From: Gemmatimonadota bacterium
GTDB taxonomy: Bacteria > Gemmatimonadota > Gemmatimonadetes > Gemmatimonadales > GWC2-71-9
Reading direction: 5' to 3'
Length of the DNA: 64,000 bases
NCBI GenBank assembly: GCA_036679605.1
Contig: JAZDCZ010000386.1
Coordinates: forward strand, 96,001-160,000
A model generated the notes under the pieces. It made no database searches. It had not been told where the DNA came from and was given only the letters and a program-made list of their open reading frames with translations. A program made the translations under genes and the position numbers. Of this stretch, positions 30,397 to 41,737 are shown piece after piece (position 1 is the stretch's first letter; each line of letters starts with the position of its first letter).

Positions 30397-33300
30397 TGAT
30401 CAAAGACTTAGTGAACAAGGTGATCGGCACACGCTTCGAGAGAGAACTGAAGCGGATCCAGCCGATTATAGATCAGATAAAAGAACACGAGCAGCGTCTC
30501 GCATCATACTCTGAGGCCGAGATTCAGCAGCAGACTACCAAGCTTCGTGGCATGGTCAAGGAGCGTATCGGCGCACTGGAAGGCGAGGTGGCCAAGAAGA
30601 AAGAGGCAAAACGTAGCTGCAGTGACCCCGGCGAGCGGGATGCAATCGGCAAAGAACTACATGACTTGGAGGACCAACTCCACACTACTACGGCCGAGGC
30701 CCTCGATGAAGTCCTTCCCGAGGCATTCGCAACGGTTCGAGAGGCTTGCCGCCGACTGATCGGAACCAAAGTCGTAGTGACGGCATACGAGCTGACGTGG
30801 GACATGGTGCCCTACGATGTTCAGTTGATCGGGGGGTTAGTTCTTCACCAGGGCAAGATCGCCGAGATGGCGACGGGTGAAGGCAAAACGTTGGTCGCGA
30901 CGTTACCGCTCTATTTGAACGCCCTAACAGGGCGGGGTGCTCACCTGGTAACGGTCAATGACTATCTAGCCCGCCGAGACTCAGAGTGGATGGGCCATCT
31001 GTTCAGTTTTCTCGGGCTATCCGTCGGATGCCTTGACAAGACCGAACCATCCACGCCGGAGCGGCGCGCCGCTTACAACTGCGATGTTACCTACGGCACG
31101 AACAACGAATTCGGCTTCGATTATTTGCGCGACAATATGGTGTTCTCTTTCGACCAGAGAGTGCAGCGCGAACACGTCTACGCGATCATCGACGAAGTCG
31201 ACAGCATCTTGATCGACGAGGCAAGAACGCCGCTCATCATCTCTGGTCCCGTCGGCAACGAGGGTGATGTAGAGTACGCGCAGCACAACTCACAGGTGCT
31301 GCGGTTGGTCCGTAAACAGACAAAAATCGTGAACGAACTCGTCGCCGCAGGTGAGCCGCTCCTGGACGATGAGGGCACCGAATACGAAGCCGCAGTCAAG
31401 TTATTCAAGGCCCAGCTCGGCATGCCGAAACATAAGCGGCTCATGAAGTTACTGCAGAAATCCGGGATCAAGCAGCTAGTGCAGCGAGTGGATCTGGATC
31501 GCATAGCAGACAGGAAGCTGCCGTCCCAGCAGCAAAGATTCCGTGACATTGAGGAAGAGCTTTACTTCGTGCTGGATGAACGTGGGCACTCTGTACACCT
31601 GACCGAACTGGGTGTCGAAGAGATGAGTCCGAGCGATCCGACGCTGTTCGTCGTGCCGGATATTTCGGAGGAGATGGGACGCCTCGAACATGACGAGGAT
31701 ATGCCGGCAGAGGAAAAACTGCGGCGCAAGACCGAACTCGAAGCGGAGTATGCGTCAAAGAGCGAAGAACTCCACATCATACACAAGCTGCTTCAGGCTC
31801 ACGCACTCTACGAAAAAGACGTCGAGTACGTCGTGCAAGATGGTCAGGTGTACATCGTGGACGAATTCACCGGCCGCATAATGGCCGGGCGGCGCTGGTC
31901 GGACGGACTACATCAGGCGATCGAGGCCAAGGAAGGTGTGACGGTGCGAGGCGAGACTCAAACGCTCGCCACGATCACGATCCAGAATTACTTCCGGATG
32001 TTCGAGAAACTCTCCGGTATGACGGGGACGGCGGAGACCGAAGAGACGGAATTCTTCGAGATATATAAGCTAGACGTAATGGTGATCCCGACCAACCGTC
32101 CGGTGCGGCGGGTCGATGGTCACGATCTCATTTACAAGACCAGGCGTGAGAAATACAACTCTATCGTCGATGAGGTCGAACGCCATCGCGAAAGAGGGCT
32201 GCCGGTTCTGGTGGGTACCGCGACGGTCGAGGTATCGGAGACACTGTCGCGGTTGTTCAAACGCCGGGGTATCAAGCACGAAGTTCTCAACGCGAAGCAG
32301 CATCAGCGAGAGGCCGAAATCGTGAGGAACGCCGGTCGTGCCGGGTCGGTAACCATTGCGACCAACATGGCGGGCCGGGGTACCGACATCAAGTTGGGGC
32401 CGGGAGTCAAGAGCTGTGAGGTCTGTGGGATCAAATCGAAACTGGCGCCATTCGGGCAGCAGGTGGAGCAGCCCGATCTCGATGGGGACGAGATGAAGAA
32501 GCGGGGCTGCAATGACGATCCTCCGTGTGGATTGGTGATTGTCGGCACCGAGAGGCACGAGTCCCGTCGCATAGACAGACAGCTCCGCGGCCGCTCCGGC
32601 CGACAGGGAGATCCGGGGCAGAGCACATTCTTCCTGTCGTTGGAAGACGATCTCATGCGGCTTTTTGGATCCGAGAGGATTGCCAAGATCATGGACCGCA
32701 GTGGTGCGGAGGAAGGTGAGGTGATTACCCACCCGCTTGTTACGCGAGCCATTGGGAACGCCCAGAAGAGAGTGGAGCTGCAGAACTTCGATGCACGCAA
32801 GCGATTGCTGGAGTATGACGATGTCATGAACCAGCAACGTGAGGTGATCTACTCGCTACGGCTGTTCGCGCTGGAGGGTGGAGAGGAACTCAAGGCTGAG
32901 GCGATCCGCACTATTGACGGGGCCTTGACTCGGTTTGCAGAGGAGGAATTGGACGGGTCGGAGGACTGGGACCGTGAACTCGTCTCCACCGCCTTGCTGC
33001 AGCGGTTCTTGCTTTCTGCTCCAGACATCCAGGATGCGGACAAGGTACCGGACCTCGGTTCGCTCGCCTCGCTGCTTCACGCAGCAGGTCGGACCGCATT
33101 TGAAACCAAACTGGTCACGTGGGATGAACTGGGGTCTCGTCACGGGATCGAGCAGCTCGGCGAGAAAGTACTGTCGCATCTCTTCCTACGGGTGCTGGAC
33201 GAAAAGTGGAAGGACCACCTGTTCGAGCTAGACCATCTGAGGAGCGGGATCTACTATCGGTCGCTCGGTCAGAAGGACCCGTTGGTGGAGTACAAGAGGG

Positions 33301-33644
33301 AAGCATTCGACATGTTCGTGGATCTCATGCACGACATCCGATCCACGTTCACCGAAACCTTCTTCAAGCATCAATTGCAGGTCAACGCTGGTCCGCCCGC
33401 CCAAAGACCTGCTGGTCCGCGAGTTGAGCAGCGTTCTGAGCCGGTTTCCGAGACCGATTTGATGGTGCCGGGAGCTGCCAGAACCCGCTCCCGAACGGAC
33501 GGTATCGTGACATCTCATGGCGAGCGGCCCTCAGCCGGCGGTGCAGCGGTTGGACAGCAGACCATGCCTAAGGTGGGCCGGAACGACCCCTGCCCTTGCG
33601 GAAGCGGGAGAAAGTACAAGAAATGCCACGGGGCCAAGGCCTGA
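30396..33644 (+). CDS. secA: preprotein translocase SecA
   Basis: [45 protein letters not shown] tail; ATG overlaps nadD stop (TGATG). Confidence 0.97.
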   Translation: MIKDLVNKVIGTRFERELKRIQPIIDQIKEHEQRLASYSEAEIQQQTTKLRGMVKERIGALEGEVAKKKEAKRSCSDPGERDAIGKELHDLEDQLHTTTAEALDEVLPEAFATVREACRRLIGTKVVVTAYELTWDMVPYDVQLIGGLVLHQGKIAEMATGEGKTLVATLPLYLNALTGRGAHLVTVNDYLARRDSEWMGHLFSFLGLSVGCLDKTEPSTPERRAAYNCDVTYGTNNEFGFDYLRDNMVFSFDQRVQREHVYAIIDEVDSILIDEARTPLIISGPVGNEGDVEYAQHNSQVLRLVRKQTKIVNELVAAGEPLLDDEGTEYEAAVKLFKAQLGMPKHKRLMKLLQKSGIKQLVQRVDLDRIADRKLPSQQQRFRDIEEELYFVLDERGHSVHLTELGVEEMSPSDPTLFVVPDISEEMGRLEHDEDMPAEEKLRRKTELEAEYASKSEELHIIHKLLQAHALYEKDVEYVVQDGQVYIVDEFTGRIMAGRRWSDGLHQAIEAKEGVTVRGETQTLATITIQNYFRMFEKLSGMTGTAETEETEFFEIYKLDVMVIPTNRPVRRVDGHDLIYKTRREKYNSIVDEVERHRERGLPVLVGTATVEVSETLSRLFKRRGIKHEVLNAKQHQREAEIVRNAGRAGSVTIATNMAGRGTDIKLGPGVKSCEVCGIKSKLAPFGQQVEQPDLDGDEMKKRGCNDDPPCGLVIVGTERHESRRIDRQLRGRSGRQGDPGQSTFFLSLEDDLMRLFGSERIAKIMDRSGAEEGEVITHPLVTRAIGNAQKRVELQNFDARKRLLEYDDVMNQQREVIYSLRLFALEGGEELKAEAIRTIDGALTRFAEEELDGSEDWDRELVSTALLQRFLLSAPDIQDADKVPDLGSLASLLHAAGRTAFETKLVTWDELGSRHGIEQLGEKVLSHLFLRVLDEKWKDHLFELDHLRSGIYYRSLGQKDPLVEYKREAFDMFVDLMHDIRSTFTETFFKHQLQVNAGPPAQRPAGPRVEQRSEPVSETDLMVPGAARTRSRTDGIVTSHGERPSAGGAAVGQQTMPKVGRNDPCPCGSGRKYKKCHGAKA

Positions 33645-33737
33645 TATGACGCGCAAAGGGTCCGATGTCGTAGACTACGGGTACGTCTTGCGCTGATTCG
33701 TTTATGTTTTTCTCTCCGAAGTGCACATCTTCGGGGG

Positions 33738-34424
33738 ATGGACAGCCTTCGACTTTCCGAAACCCGAGTTGCAGACAGACCCCGCGAGCGGCTATTCACG
33801 CTCGGTGTGGCCTCGTTGACGACCACTGAACTCCTCGCCATTCTGATAAGTACGGGAACTGCGCGCCGCGACGCACTTGAGGTGGCAGGTGGACTCCTGC
33901 GGATTGGGACGGGCTCCCTGCGCGAACTGGCTCGCCGCCCGCCGGGAGAACTGGCCGGTGTGTCCGGGGTAGGTAAGGCCAAGGCCGCAAGAGTGGCCGC
34001 GGCCTTAGAACTGGCGCAGCGATTGGCAGGAGAGGGGCGGGAAGAGCCGTTTGGCATACGGAGTCCAGCTGATGTTCACCGCTGGTGCGGGCCGCGCATG
34101 CGTGACTTGGCGGTAGAGGAATTTCATCTGTTGGCGCTTGATACACAGAACAGGATCCGGCGCGATCTACTGATAACGCGGGGCATCCTCGACAGCTCGT
34201 TGGTTCATCCACGGGAGGTGTTTAGGGCAGCCATTGCGGAGGCTGCAGCCGGCGTCATCGTGGTGCATAACCACCCGAGCGGTAACCCCACGCCTTCGGC
34301 CGACGACCGAGCGGTAACCAGGCAGCTGAGCGACGCGGGGAAGCTACTCGACATTCCGCTCTACGATCACGTTGTGGTGGGTGGAGATAGATACTTCAGC
34401 TTTGCGGAGGCAGGTCTTTTGTGA
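33738..34424 (+). CDS. radC: RadC (JAB-domain) protein
   Basis: RPRERL, HhH GVGKAKA, HPREVF, HNHPSGNPTPS..D, DHVVVG. Confidence 0.93.
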   Translation: MDSLRLSETRVADRPRERLFTLGVASLTTTELLAILISTGTARRDALEVAGGLLRIGTGSLRELARRPPGELAGVSGVGKAKAARVAAALELAQRLAGEGREEPFGIRSPADVHRWCGPRMRDLAVEEFHLLALDTQNRIRRDLLITRGILDSSLVHPREVFRAAIAEAAAGVIVVHNHPSGNPTPSADDRAVTRQLSDAGKLLDIPLYDHVVVGGDRYFSFAEAGLL

Positions 34425-36601
34425 CGGTTGCGTTGGCGAAGGTCGATTCTGCATTTGCAGCAGTCCTAGCTGAGCGGAAAGATAGGCTGGACTTGCCGTT
34501 GGTCGAGCGTGCGTTCGAATTCAGCGCCGCCGCCCACCGGGGGCAGAAGCGCCTTTCGGGCGAAGACTTTATCTACCACGCGATCGAGGTCGCCAAGATC
34601 CTCGTAGAGCAGCATCTCGATTCCATTACTATCGCCGCTGCATTGCTCCACGACGTCGTGGAAGATGCCGAGGTCGAGCTAGACGAAATCAAGGAGCTGT
34701 TTGGGGAAGAAGTAGCGGGGATGGTAGACGGACTTACCAAGATCTCGAGCTTGACCTTCCAGTCGGCAGCAGAAGAACAATCTGAGAACTACCGCAAGTT
34801 GCTGCTTTCGATCGCACGGGATGCGCGAGTGATCGTAGTCAAGTTGGCGGATCGCCTACACAATATGCGCACGCTCGAACACCTGCCGGCGGAGAGTCGT
34901 CGCCGGATCGCGCTGGAAACCCGAGAGATCTACGCACCCCTGGCGCATCGCTTTGGAATGGCTGGTGTCAAGGCCGAACTCGAAGATCTGGCGTTCAAGT
35001 TCCTGGAGCCGGACGATTACGAGCAGCTCGTTTCCACCATCCAGGCGACGGCCGCTGAACGCGATCAGATGATAGAAGGTCTGCGCCGGCCGTTAGAGGC
35101 AGCCCTACGGCAGGCCGAAATACAAAATTTTGAGATCACGGGACGGCCCAAGCACCTCTGGTCGATCTACAAGAAGATGACGCAGAGAGACCACCCGTTC
35201 GAGGAGATTTACGATCTGATGGCCGTCAGAGTACTCGTCGATAGCGTGCCTGATTGTTACCATGTTCTGGGTGTAATCCACCACAAGTGGACTCCGTTGC
35301 AGGAACGAATCAAAGATTATATCGCGTCGCCCAAGTCGAATGCCTATCAGTCTCTCCACACAACCATCTTCGGTCCCGTAGGCAGTCTCTATGAGATCCA
35401 AATAAGAACTCGCGAAATGCACCGGACCGCCGAATACGGTATCGCGGCTCACTGGGTGTACAAGGAAAAAGGGAAACGTGACGAGCTGGACGATCAGTTC
35501 GTTTGGTTCAGGCAGTTGCTCGAACTGCAACAGGACGAGCACAGCCCCGAGGAATTTCTCGAATTTCTGAAAATCGATCTGTTTCAGGATGAGATATTTG
35601 TTTTCACGCCCAAGGGTGACGTAAAGCGCTTGCCGAAAGGTGCGACGGTAATCGACTTCGCGTTCGCCGTGCATACTGAGGTTGGTCTGAAGACGCAGGG
35701 GGCAAAGGTAAACGGGAGGATCACACCGCTCCACCGGTCGCTCAAGAACGGTGATACCGTGACGGTACTCAGCGGTCCGCACGCGCGACCAAGCAAGGAT
35801 TGGCTCAGCCATGTTCGAACAGCCCGCGCACGCCACAAGATCCGTCAGTGGCTAAAACTCGAGGAACGCGATACCAGCATCGGACTGGGCAAGGAAATAC
35901 TCGCGCGCGAACTGCGCCGCCGAAAGCTCGGCGCTGTGAAACCAAAGCAGACCGCGCAGGCCGCCGATCGCCTGTCCGTCGGATCGGCCGACGGACTCTA
36001 CCACGTTTTGGGTCGCGGTGACGTGCCGATAGGGCAAGTCATCAAGGCCCTATTCCCCGATCACAAGACGGAGGCTCTGGAGGCGCCCAAGCCGACCATG
36101 TTCGGCAGGGTGCTGGACCGCATCCGTCTGGGTCGTGGTGTCCGCATTCACGGTGTAGACGGTCTAGTGGTACGATATGCACAGTGCTGCCAGCCGGTAC
36201 CGGGAGATCCAGTGGTAGGATATGTGACTAAAGGGCGGGGGATCTCCATCCATAGGGCCGACTGCGCCAACCTCCTAACGATGTCATCCGATGCCGATCG
36301 CCGGGTGGAAATCGACTGGCAGAGCATGCAGGATGAAGTCTTCGTGGTCTGTCTCGGGGTCTCCGGTGAGGATCGGAGAGGTCTCTACGCTGACCTAATG
36401 GATGCGGTATCCCGGACGGGGACCAACATCAGAAGCGCGGAACTCTCGAGCAAAGACGCTGCAATGTTTGGTTCAGTTCTAGTGGAGGTCGAAAACCAGG
36501 CGCAACTTGCCAAGGTGATGCGAGTGATGCGGCGGGTCAAAGGCATCACGTCGGTCGATCGGAGGGAACCTACCTCCGCAGTCGATTCAGAATCGAGCTG
36601 A
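34421..36601 (+). CDS. rel: bifunctional (p)ppGpp synthetase/hydrolase (long RSH)
   Basis: [35 protein letters not shown] and ACT domains. Confidence 0.93.
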   Translation: MTVALAKVDSAFAAVLAERKDRLDLPLVERAFEFSAAAHRGQKRLSGEDFIYHAIEVAKILVEQHLDSITIAAALLHDVVEDAEVELDEIKELFGEEVAGMVDGLTKISSLTFQSAAEEQSENYRKLLLSIARDARVIVVKLADRLHNMRTLEHLPAESRRRIALETREIYAPLAHRFGMAGVKAELEDLAFKFLEPDDYEQLVSTIQATAAERDQMIEGLRRPLEAALRQAEIQNFEITGRPKHLWSIYKKMTQRDHPFEEIYDLMAVRVLVDSVPDCYHVLGVIHHKWTPLQERIKDYIASPKSNAYQSLHTTIFGPVGSLYEIQIRTREMHRTAEYGIAAHWVYKEKGKRDELDDQFVWFRQLLELQQDEHSPEEFLEFLKIDLFQDEIFVFTPKGDVKRLPKGATVIDFAFAVHTEVGLKTQGAKVNGRITPLHRSLKNGDTVTVLSGPHARPSKDWLSHVRTARARHKIRQWLKLEERDTSIGLGKEILARELRRRKLGAVKPKQTAQAADRLSVGSADGLYHVLGRGDVPIGQVIKALFPDHKTEALEAPKPTMFGRVLDRIRLGRGVRIHGVDGLVVRYAQCCQPVPGDPVVGYVTKGRGISIHRADCANLLTMSSDADRRVEIDWQSMQDEVFVVCLGVSGEDRRGLYADLMDAVSRTGTNIRSAELSSKDAAMFGSVLVEVENQAQLAKVMRVMRRVKGITSVDRREPTSAVDSESS

Positions 36602-36623
36602 GGGTCCGACTGCTGCGGCTTCC

Positions 36624-38663
36624 GTGAGCGTTTTTGAATTGGAGATGCCGTTCGTGCTGGCTGGTGATCAGCCGCGCGCGATTGCCGAGTTGAGCAAGGG
36701 CCTCGACCGGGGCGAGCGATATCAGACGCTGCTGGGTGTAACCGGCTCGGGCAAGACCGTGACCATCGCCAACGTAATCGCCGCCCTTGGTCGTCCGGCC
36801 CTTGTCCTGTCGCACAACAAGACTCTCGCGGCCCAGCTTTACGGCGAATTCAAATCGTTCCTACCACGGAACGCCGTTGAATATTTCATCTCGTACTACG
36901 ACTACTATCAGCCCGAAGCCTACGTGCCGGCTACTGACACCTACATAGAGAAGGATGCGTCGATAAACGACGATATAGACATGCTCCGGCTACGAACGAC
37001 ATCGAGCCTCATGGAGCGTCAAGATGTAGTGATCGTTGCGACCGTTAGCGCCATATATGGATTGGGTGACCCCGCCGCATACCGTCAACTCATGCTGACG
37101 CTAAGCGAAGGTGAGGAGCGCTCTCGCGATGCGATATTCGAGGACCTGGTGCGGATAAGGTACGAGCGAAACGATATCGGGTTCGAGCGTGGAAAGTTCA
37201 GGGCCAGAGGTGACACGCTGGAGATCTTTCCGGCATACGAGGAACAGGCGGTACGGGTGGAATTATGGGGCGACACCGTGGAGAGGATCTCCAAAATAGA
37301 TCCGCTCACGGGCAACGTCATCACACGGCTGGATCGCTGCGCTATCTATCCGGCAACCCACTTCGTAGTTCGCCGTCCGACCATCGAACGGGCGGTTACC
37401 CTGATCCGACAGGAACTGCGTGAGCGATTGGCGGAGCTGCGCGTGGCCGGCAAGTTGCTGGAGGCGCAACGGTTGGAATCGCGCACCCACTTCGACATCG
37501 ACATGTTGCTAGAGGTGGGAGCATGTGCCGGCATTGAGAACTACAGCAGACATCTCACTGGGCGCGGCGCCGGCGAGCGACCCGCATGCCTGCTCGACTA
37601 TCTGCCCGACAACTATCTGACGATCATAGACGAATCACATGTTACCCTGCCTCAGATAGGCGGTATGTTCGAGGGGGACAAGTCTCGTAAGACAACTCTG
37701 GTGGAGTATGGCTTTCGACTCCCGTCGGCCCTGGACAACCGCCCCCTCAACATTACCGAATTCATGGATCTCACTCCGCGCACGCTGTTTGTGTCGGCGA
37801 CCCCGGGCGCTACCGAGCTGGAGTTGAGCGGCGGAGTCGTAGTGGAGCAGATCATACGGCCGACCGGGCTGATCGATCCGCGAGTCGAGGTTCGGCCTGT
37901 CAAGGGCCAGGTCGATGACCTGCTGGCGGAGATCCGCGAGTGTGCGGCCAAGGGAGATCGTGTCCTGGTTACGACACTTACCAAGCGCATGGCGGAGGAT
38001 CTCACCGACTACCTTCTGCAGACCGGCGTCCGCGTCCGCTACATGCACTCAGACATCGATACGATTGAGAGAATGGAAATTGTCCGCGGCCTCCGACTGG
38101 GGGAGTTCGATGTTCTTGTTGGTATCAACCTCCTAAGAGAGGGTTTGGATCTTCCTGAGGTGGCATTGGTCGCAATCCTCGATGCCGATCAAGAGGGTTT
38201 CTTGCGTTCGGATCGCTCAATAATTCAAACGGTTGGCCGCGGAGCGCGACACGTGAATGGCCGGGCTATCCTGTACGCCGACCGGATTACGGGCTCGATG
38301 CAACGCGCCCTCGATGAGATGGACCGGCGAAGGGAAATCCAGCAATCCCACAATGAGGCACACGGCATTACTCCGCGATCGATTCATAAGTCCGTCGAGC
38401 AGGTACGTCTTGTCACCAGAGTTGCAGATGCGCGTCTAACAAAGATGCCGCAACCCGAACCACTGAATCGTAGTGAACGATTGGACAGAGAGAGTCTCAT
38501 CGTTTTGTTGGAGAAACAGATGAGGGAAGCGGCAGCAGAACTCGATTTCGAACTCGCGGCGCAGTTGAGGGACCAGGTCTTCGAGCTGAAGGCCGAAGGC
38601 GATCCGGTTCGAAGGAGCCCTCGAGGCGCACGCATGGGCCGGTCGGGTAAGCGTGGTAGCTGA
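36624..38663 (+). CDS. uvrB: excinuclease ABC subunit B
   Basis: [34 protein letters not shown] tail. Confidence 0.97.
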   Translation: MSVFELEMPFVLAGDQPRAIAELSKGLDRGERYQTLLGVTGSGKTVTIANVIAALGRPALVLSHNKTLAAQLYGEFKSFLPRNAVEYFISYYDYYQPEAYVPATDTYIEKDASINDDIDMLRLRTTSSLMERQDVVIVATVSAIYGLGDPAAYRQLMLTLSEGEERSRDAIFEDLVRIRYERNDIGFERGKFRARGDTLEIFPAYEEQAVRVELWGDTVERISKIDPLTGNVITRLDRCAIYPATHFVVRRPTIERAVTLIRQELRERLAELRVAGKLLEAQRLESRTHFDIDMLLEVGACAGIENYSRHLTGRGAGERPACLLDYLPDNYLTIIDESHVTLPQIGGMFEGDKSRKTTLVEYGFRLPSALDNRPLNITEFMDLTPRTLFVSATPGATELELSGGVVVEQIIRPTGLIDPRVEVRPVKGQVDDLLAEIRECAAKGDRVLVTTLTKRMAEDLTDYLLQTGVRVRYMHSDIDTIERMEIVRGLRLGEFDVLVGINLLREGLDLPEVALVAILDADQEGFLRSDRSIIQTVGRGARHVNGRAILYADRITGSMQRALDEMDRRREIQQSHNEAHGITPRSIHKSVEQVRLVTRVADARLTKMPQPEPLNRSERLDRESLIVLLEKQMREAAAELDFELAAQLRDQVFELKAEGDPVRRSPRGARMGRSGKRGS

Positions 38664-39087
38664 GCCACTGCGCGGGACGGAGAGACTCTTGTCACTCGAT
38701 GCGATGCAGGCCGAAGCTGAAGTTCTTGCAACCGCAATCGAGGCCGGGGCAGTCGTCTGGCTTTCGGGTGAAGTCGGGTCCGGTAAGACCACCTTTGTTC
38801 AGGGATTCGCGAGAGCGATGGGGGTAGACTACGTGCGAAGTCCCACTTTTTCTCTCGTAAATGAATACCGGGCCCGTGACAAGACTCTGATCCACGTCGA
38901 CTGCTATCGTTTGAGATCACCCGCCGAGGCTCTGGATCTCGATTTTCCGGACCTGGAGCGACGAGCTACAGTGCTGATAGTCGAGTGGCCCGAACAAGGA
39001 GGCGAGTTCGTGCCGGCCCCGGACGTTCATATCGTCTTGAGGCACGGGGACGATCCGTCCGTACGGCTCTTGGAGCGTGTCAGGTGA
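38653..39087 (+). CDS. tsaE: tRNA threonylcarbamoyladenosine biosynthesis ATPase
   Basis: [30 protein letters not shown]. Confidence 0.93.
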   Translation: MVAEPLRGTERLLSLDAMQAEAEVLATAIEAGAVVWLSGEVGSGKTTFVQGFARAMGVDYVRSPTFSLVNEYRARDKTLIHVDCYRLRSPAEALDLDFPDLERRATVLIVEWPEQGGEFVPAPDVHIVLRHGDDPSVRLLERVR

Positions 39088-39845
39088 GCTTGAGTCTGGC
39101 TCTGGATACGACAACCGCTATGGGGAGTGTAGCTGTCGGGGAACCCGGATCCATGCAGGCCGAAATTGTCATTGCCAACAGGCGACACGCGACCTCACTA
39201 GTACCGGCCATCGGAGAGGTGTTGCGCCTGGCAGGTGCGGACTACGGTGACTTGAGCGGCATTGTGGTGGCGGATGGGCCGGGCAGCTTCACCGGCCTCC
39301 GCATTGCCTTTGCGACGGTGAAGGGCCTCTTGATGGAGCATGACGACCTGACCCTCTCCACTGCCCCGTCTCTGCTAGCTGCTGCCTGGAGTGGACTTCA
39401 GATCGATCCGGCCCCGGTGGCCGCGCTATATGACGCACTCCGGGGCGAGGTCTTTGGGGGAGTTTACAGTCTTGCCGGCAATGAGATCCAAGTTGAGCTG
39501 CCACCGACTCTGGCTACTGTCGAGGCGCTTGAGCTACAGTCTCCGGTGCGGCCATGGCTGGCGGTCGGAGACGGCGCTGTGAGTCATTCGCAAGCTGTCC
39601 AGAAATGGACGGGACGACGACCGGTTGGCCCGCCGACAGGGGCACCGAGGGCCGGTGCACTAATAGAGCTGCTCGCTGTTGGGAAGGCGACGACGTGCGT
39701 AAGGGATCCCGCCTCGTTTGAGCCGAATTACGGCCGTCAGGCCGAAGCACAGGTCCGTTGGGAGCGCGAACATGGGGTGCCTTTGGGGGCCGGACATGAG
39801 CCTCGGCACGACCCCGAAGTCAAGCCGAAACAGGGCTCGCAATAA
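39084..39845 (+). CDS. tsaB: tRNA t6A biosynthesis protein TsaB
   Basis: LALDTT, GPGSFTGLRI, DALRGEVF, EPNY; start GTG 39084. Confidence 0.92.
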   Translation: MSLSLALDTTTAMGSVAVGEPGSMQAEIVIANRRHATSLVPAIGEVLRLAGADYGDLSGIVVADGPGSFTGLRIAFATVKGLLMEHDDLTLSTAPSLLAAAWSGLQIDPAPVAALYDALRGEVFGGVYSLAGNEIQVELPPTLATVEALELQSPVRPWLAVGDGAVSHSQAVQKWTGRRPVGPPTGAPRAGALIELLAVGKATTCVRDPASFEPNYGRQAEAQVRWEREHGVPLGAGHEPRHDPEVKPKQGSQ

Positions 39846-39870
39846 ATCGCGCCAAGTCGCGTATCTTCGG

Positions 39871-39899
39871 TTGACAAAAGGACTTAAAGCTCCTATAGT
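39871..39899 (+). promoter_or_regulatory. near-consensus sigma70 promoter of ssb
   Basis: TTGACA-N17-TATAGT. Confidence 0.8.
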
Positions 39900-39942
39900 T
39901 TGTCCCCGTCCGGGTCCCACCCCGCGAACTTCGGAGGTAATT

Positions 39943-40398
39943 TTGAGTCGCAGTCTGAACAAGGTGATGCTCATCGGCAATCTGGGCAATGATCCAGAGG
40001 TGCGGAGCACCGCCAACGGGACCCGTGTGGCCACCCTGTCGGTGGCCACGAGCCGCCAGTGGAACAATCAGGCGGGAGAGCGTCAGGAGAAGACCGAATG
40101 GCACCGTGTTGTGCTGTGGAACAACAAGTCTTCCGGCCTGGCCGATGTGGCAGAGAAGTACATGAAGAAGGGTGATAGGATCTACGTCGAGGGGCGGATC
40201 GAATACCGAACTTGGGAAGACCGAGAGGGAAAGACTCGCTACAGCACGGAGATCAATGCGCGGGAAGTGATCATGCTAGGGTCTCGCGCATCTGGTGTCG
40301 AAGCGGGTGCGCCCGTGAAGGCACCGGCCGGTGGGGGTGAGTCGTACGACGACTTTCCGGAGGCGCTAGATGAGGAAGACGACGATCTTCCGTTTTAG
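39943..40398 (+). CDS. ssb: single-stranded DNA-binding protein
   Basis: SLNKVMLIGNLGNDPE, TEWHRV, tail DDDLPF; TTG start after GGAGGT. Confidence 0.97.
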   Translation: MSRSLNKVMLIGNLGNDPEVRSTANGTRVATLSVATSRQWNNQAGERQEKTEWHRVVLWNNKSSGLADVAEKYMKKGDRIYVEGRIEYRTWEDREGKTRYSTEINAREVIMLGSRASGVEAGAPVKAPAGGGESYDDFPEALDEEDDDLPF

Positions 40399-41545
40399 TT
40401 CTGCGGTGGCGGCCGCCGGCCTTATGGCCTCGGCGGTCGCCTTGCAGGCGCAGGAGCAAGCCGGGGGCGCCGCGCAGCGGCCCACGGTGCATGTCGTAGT
40501 CGATGGAGAAACTCTCTGGGACATTGCAGAGCGATACTTTGGTGATCCGTTTCTGTGGCCCCAGATCTATCGAATTAACACCATGGTGGTTGAGGATCCT
40601 CACTGGATATTCCCGGGCGAAGAACTCCGGCTGGTGCCGGCTGAACCGGTGCGAGTAGTCAGTGCCGAGCCTTCCGACGTCGATACTACCGAGTCGCGAG
40701 CAGTCGTCCCGCCACCCGAGGTGGTGACGATCGAAGAGCCGCCGCCGGCTCCTGTTGCACCGCCACCGCCTCCGAGCGAGACAACGCCAACGATCTTCAA
40801 CCGTCCCGAAGGGGCGGCGGCTATGCTCGTCGGACGGGCTGGATCACCGGCTTTTCGCTATCGTCCCGTTCGCCGAGGCGAGTTCTATGCCGCCGGATTC
40901 CTGACTGAGGGAGATGACCTTCCTTGGGCACATATGGTGTCGGCCGTCGGACGGCCGACCATTAGGAACTTGCCAGGTTCTTCGTCGGCGCGGATCTACG
41001 GCGAGGTGAATATCGAGGCCCCGGAGTCGGCCACCTACCAGGTGGGTGATTCTCTCTTGATGGTAGACTTGACCCGCGAGGTCAGGGGATGGGGCCATGT
41101 GGTTGTGCCGACGGGAATCGTGCGAGTTTTGCACGTATCCGGCTCACAAGTCCGGGCCGAAGTGGTGACTCAGTTCGGACGGGTTGCCGACAGGCAGATG
41201 GCGCTCCCGCTCGAGACGTTCGACGACCCAGGTCTGGTGTCGCCGGTCCCGATAGAGAATGGAGCGATGGGTCTGATCGTGGCGCCGCGAGATATCCATA
41301 CCGTGCCGGGCCAGCAGGATGTCGTTTTCATCGATCTCGGTCGCGAGGATGGTGTTGCCCTCGGTGATCTTTTCGAGGTCTTGAAGCCCAGCAGCGATGC
41401 AGGGTCGGTTCCGGCTACGAGCGTGGCAGTCCTGCAAATCGTACACGTGCGTAACGGTTCGGCGTCCGGTTTCGTGATCAGCATCAGAGATCTAGGAATT
41501 GCTGAAGGTGCTCCAGTGCGTCTCGTTCGCAAGATGCCGTCATAG
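40370..41545 (+). CDS. exported LysM protein (TsaP-like architecture)
   Basis: Signal peptide, HVVVDGETLWDIA...LWPQIY...PHWIFPG, Pro-rich linker, beta-rich C-terminal region. Confidence 0.8.
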   Translation: MRKTTIFRFSSAVAAAGLMASAVALQAQEQAGGAAQRPTVHVVVDGETLWDIAERYFGDPFLWPQIYRINTMVVEDPHWIFPGEELRLVPAEPVRVVSAEPSDVDTTESRAVVPPPEVVTIEEPPPAPVAPPPPPSETTPTIFNRPEGAAAMLVGRAGSPAFRYRPVRRGEFYAAGFLTEGDDLPWAHMVSAVGRPTIRNLPGSSSARIYGEVNIEAPESATYQVGDSLLMVDLTREVRGWGHVVVPTGIVRVLHVSGSQVRAEVVTQFGRVADRQMALPLETFDDPGLVSPVPIENGAMGLIVAPRDIHTVPGQQDVVFIDLGREDGVALGDLFEVLKPSSDAGSVPATSVAVLQIVHVRNGSASGFVISIRDLGIAEGAPVRLVRKMPS

Positions 41546-41737
41546 GTGGTGAGGAGCCCAGGGTGATCGGGTCCAGACTTGCCGCTGTATTGTGAGAGCG
41601 TGCTCTATCGCACTCACTTTGTAGATTCCGTCCTTGTTTAGATTCCTTCGCGTTACAAATTCATCGGCCGTCCACGGACGGCCGGTTGTTTATGCGGTGT
41701 GTGCGGTTACTGACATACAGCATTTGAGAGGAGATTC

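Noticed and set aside
33738..34424. radC as a mobile-element marker
   Set aside because: Full-length chromosomal type with HhH N-terminus, coupled to rel in a core operon
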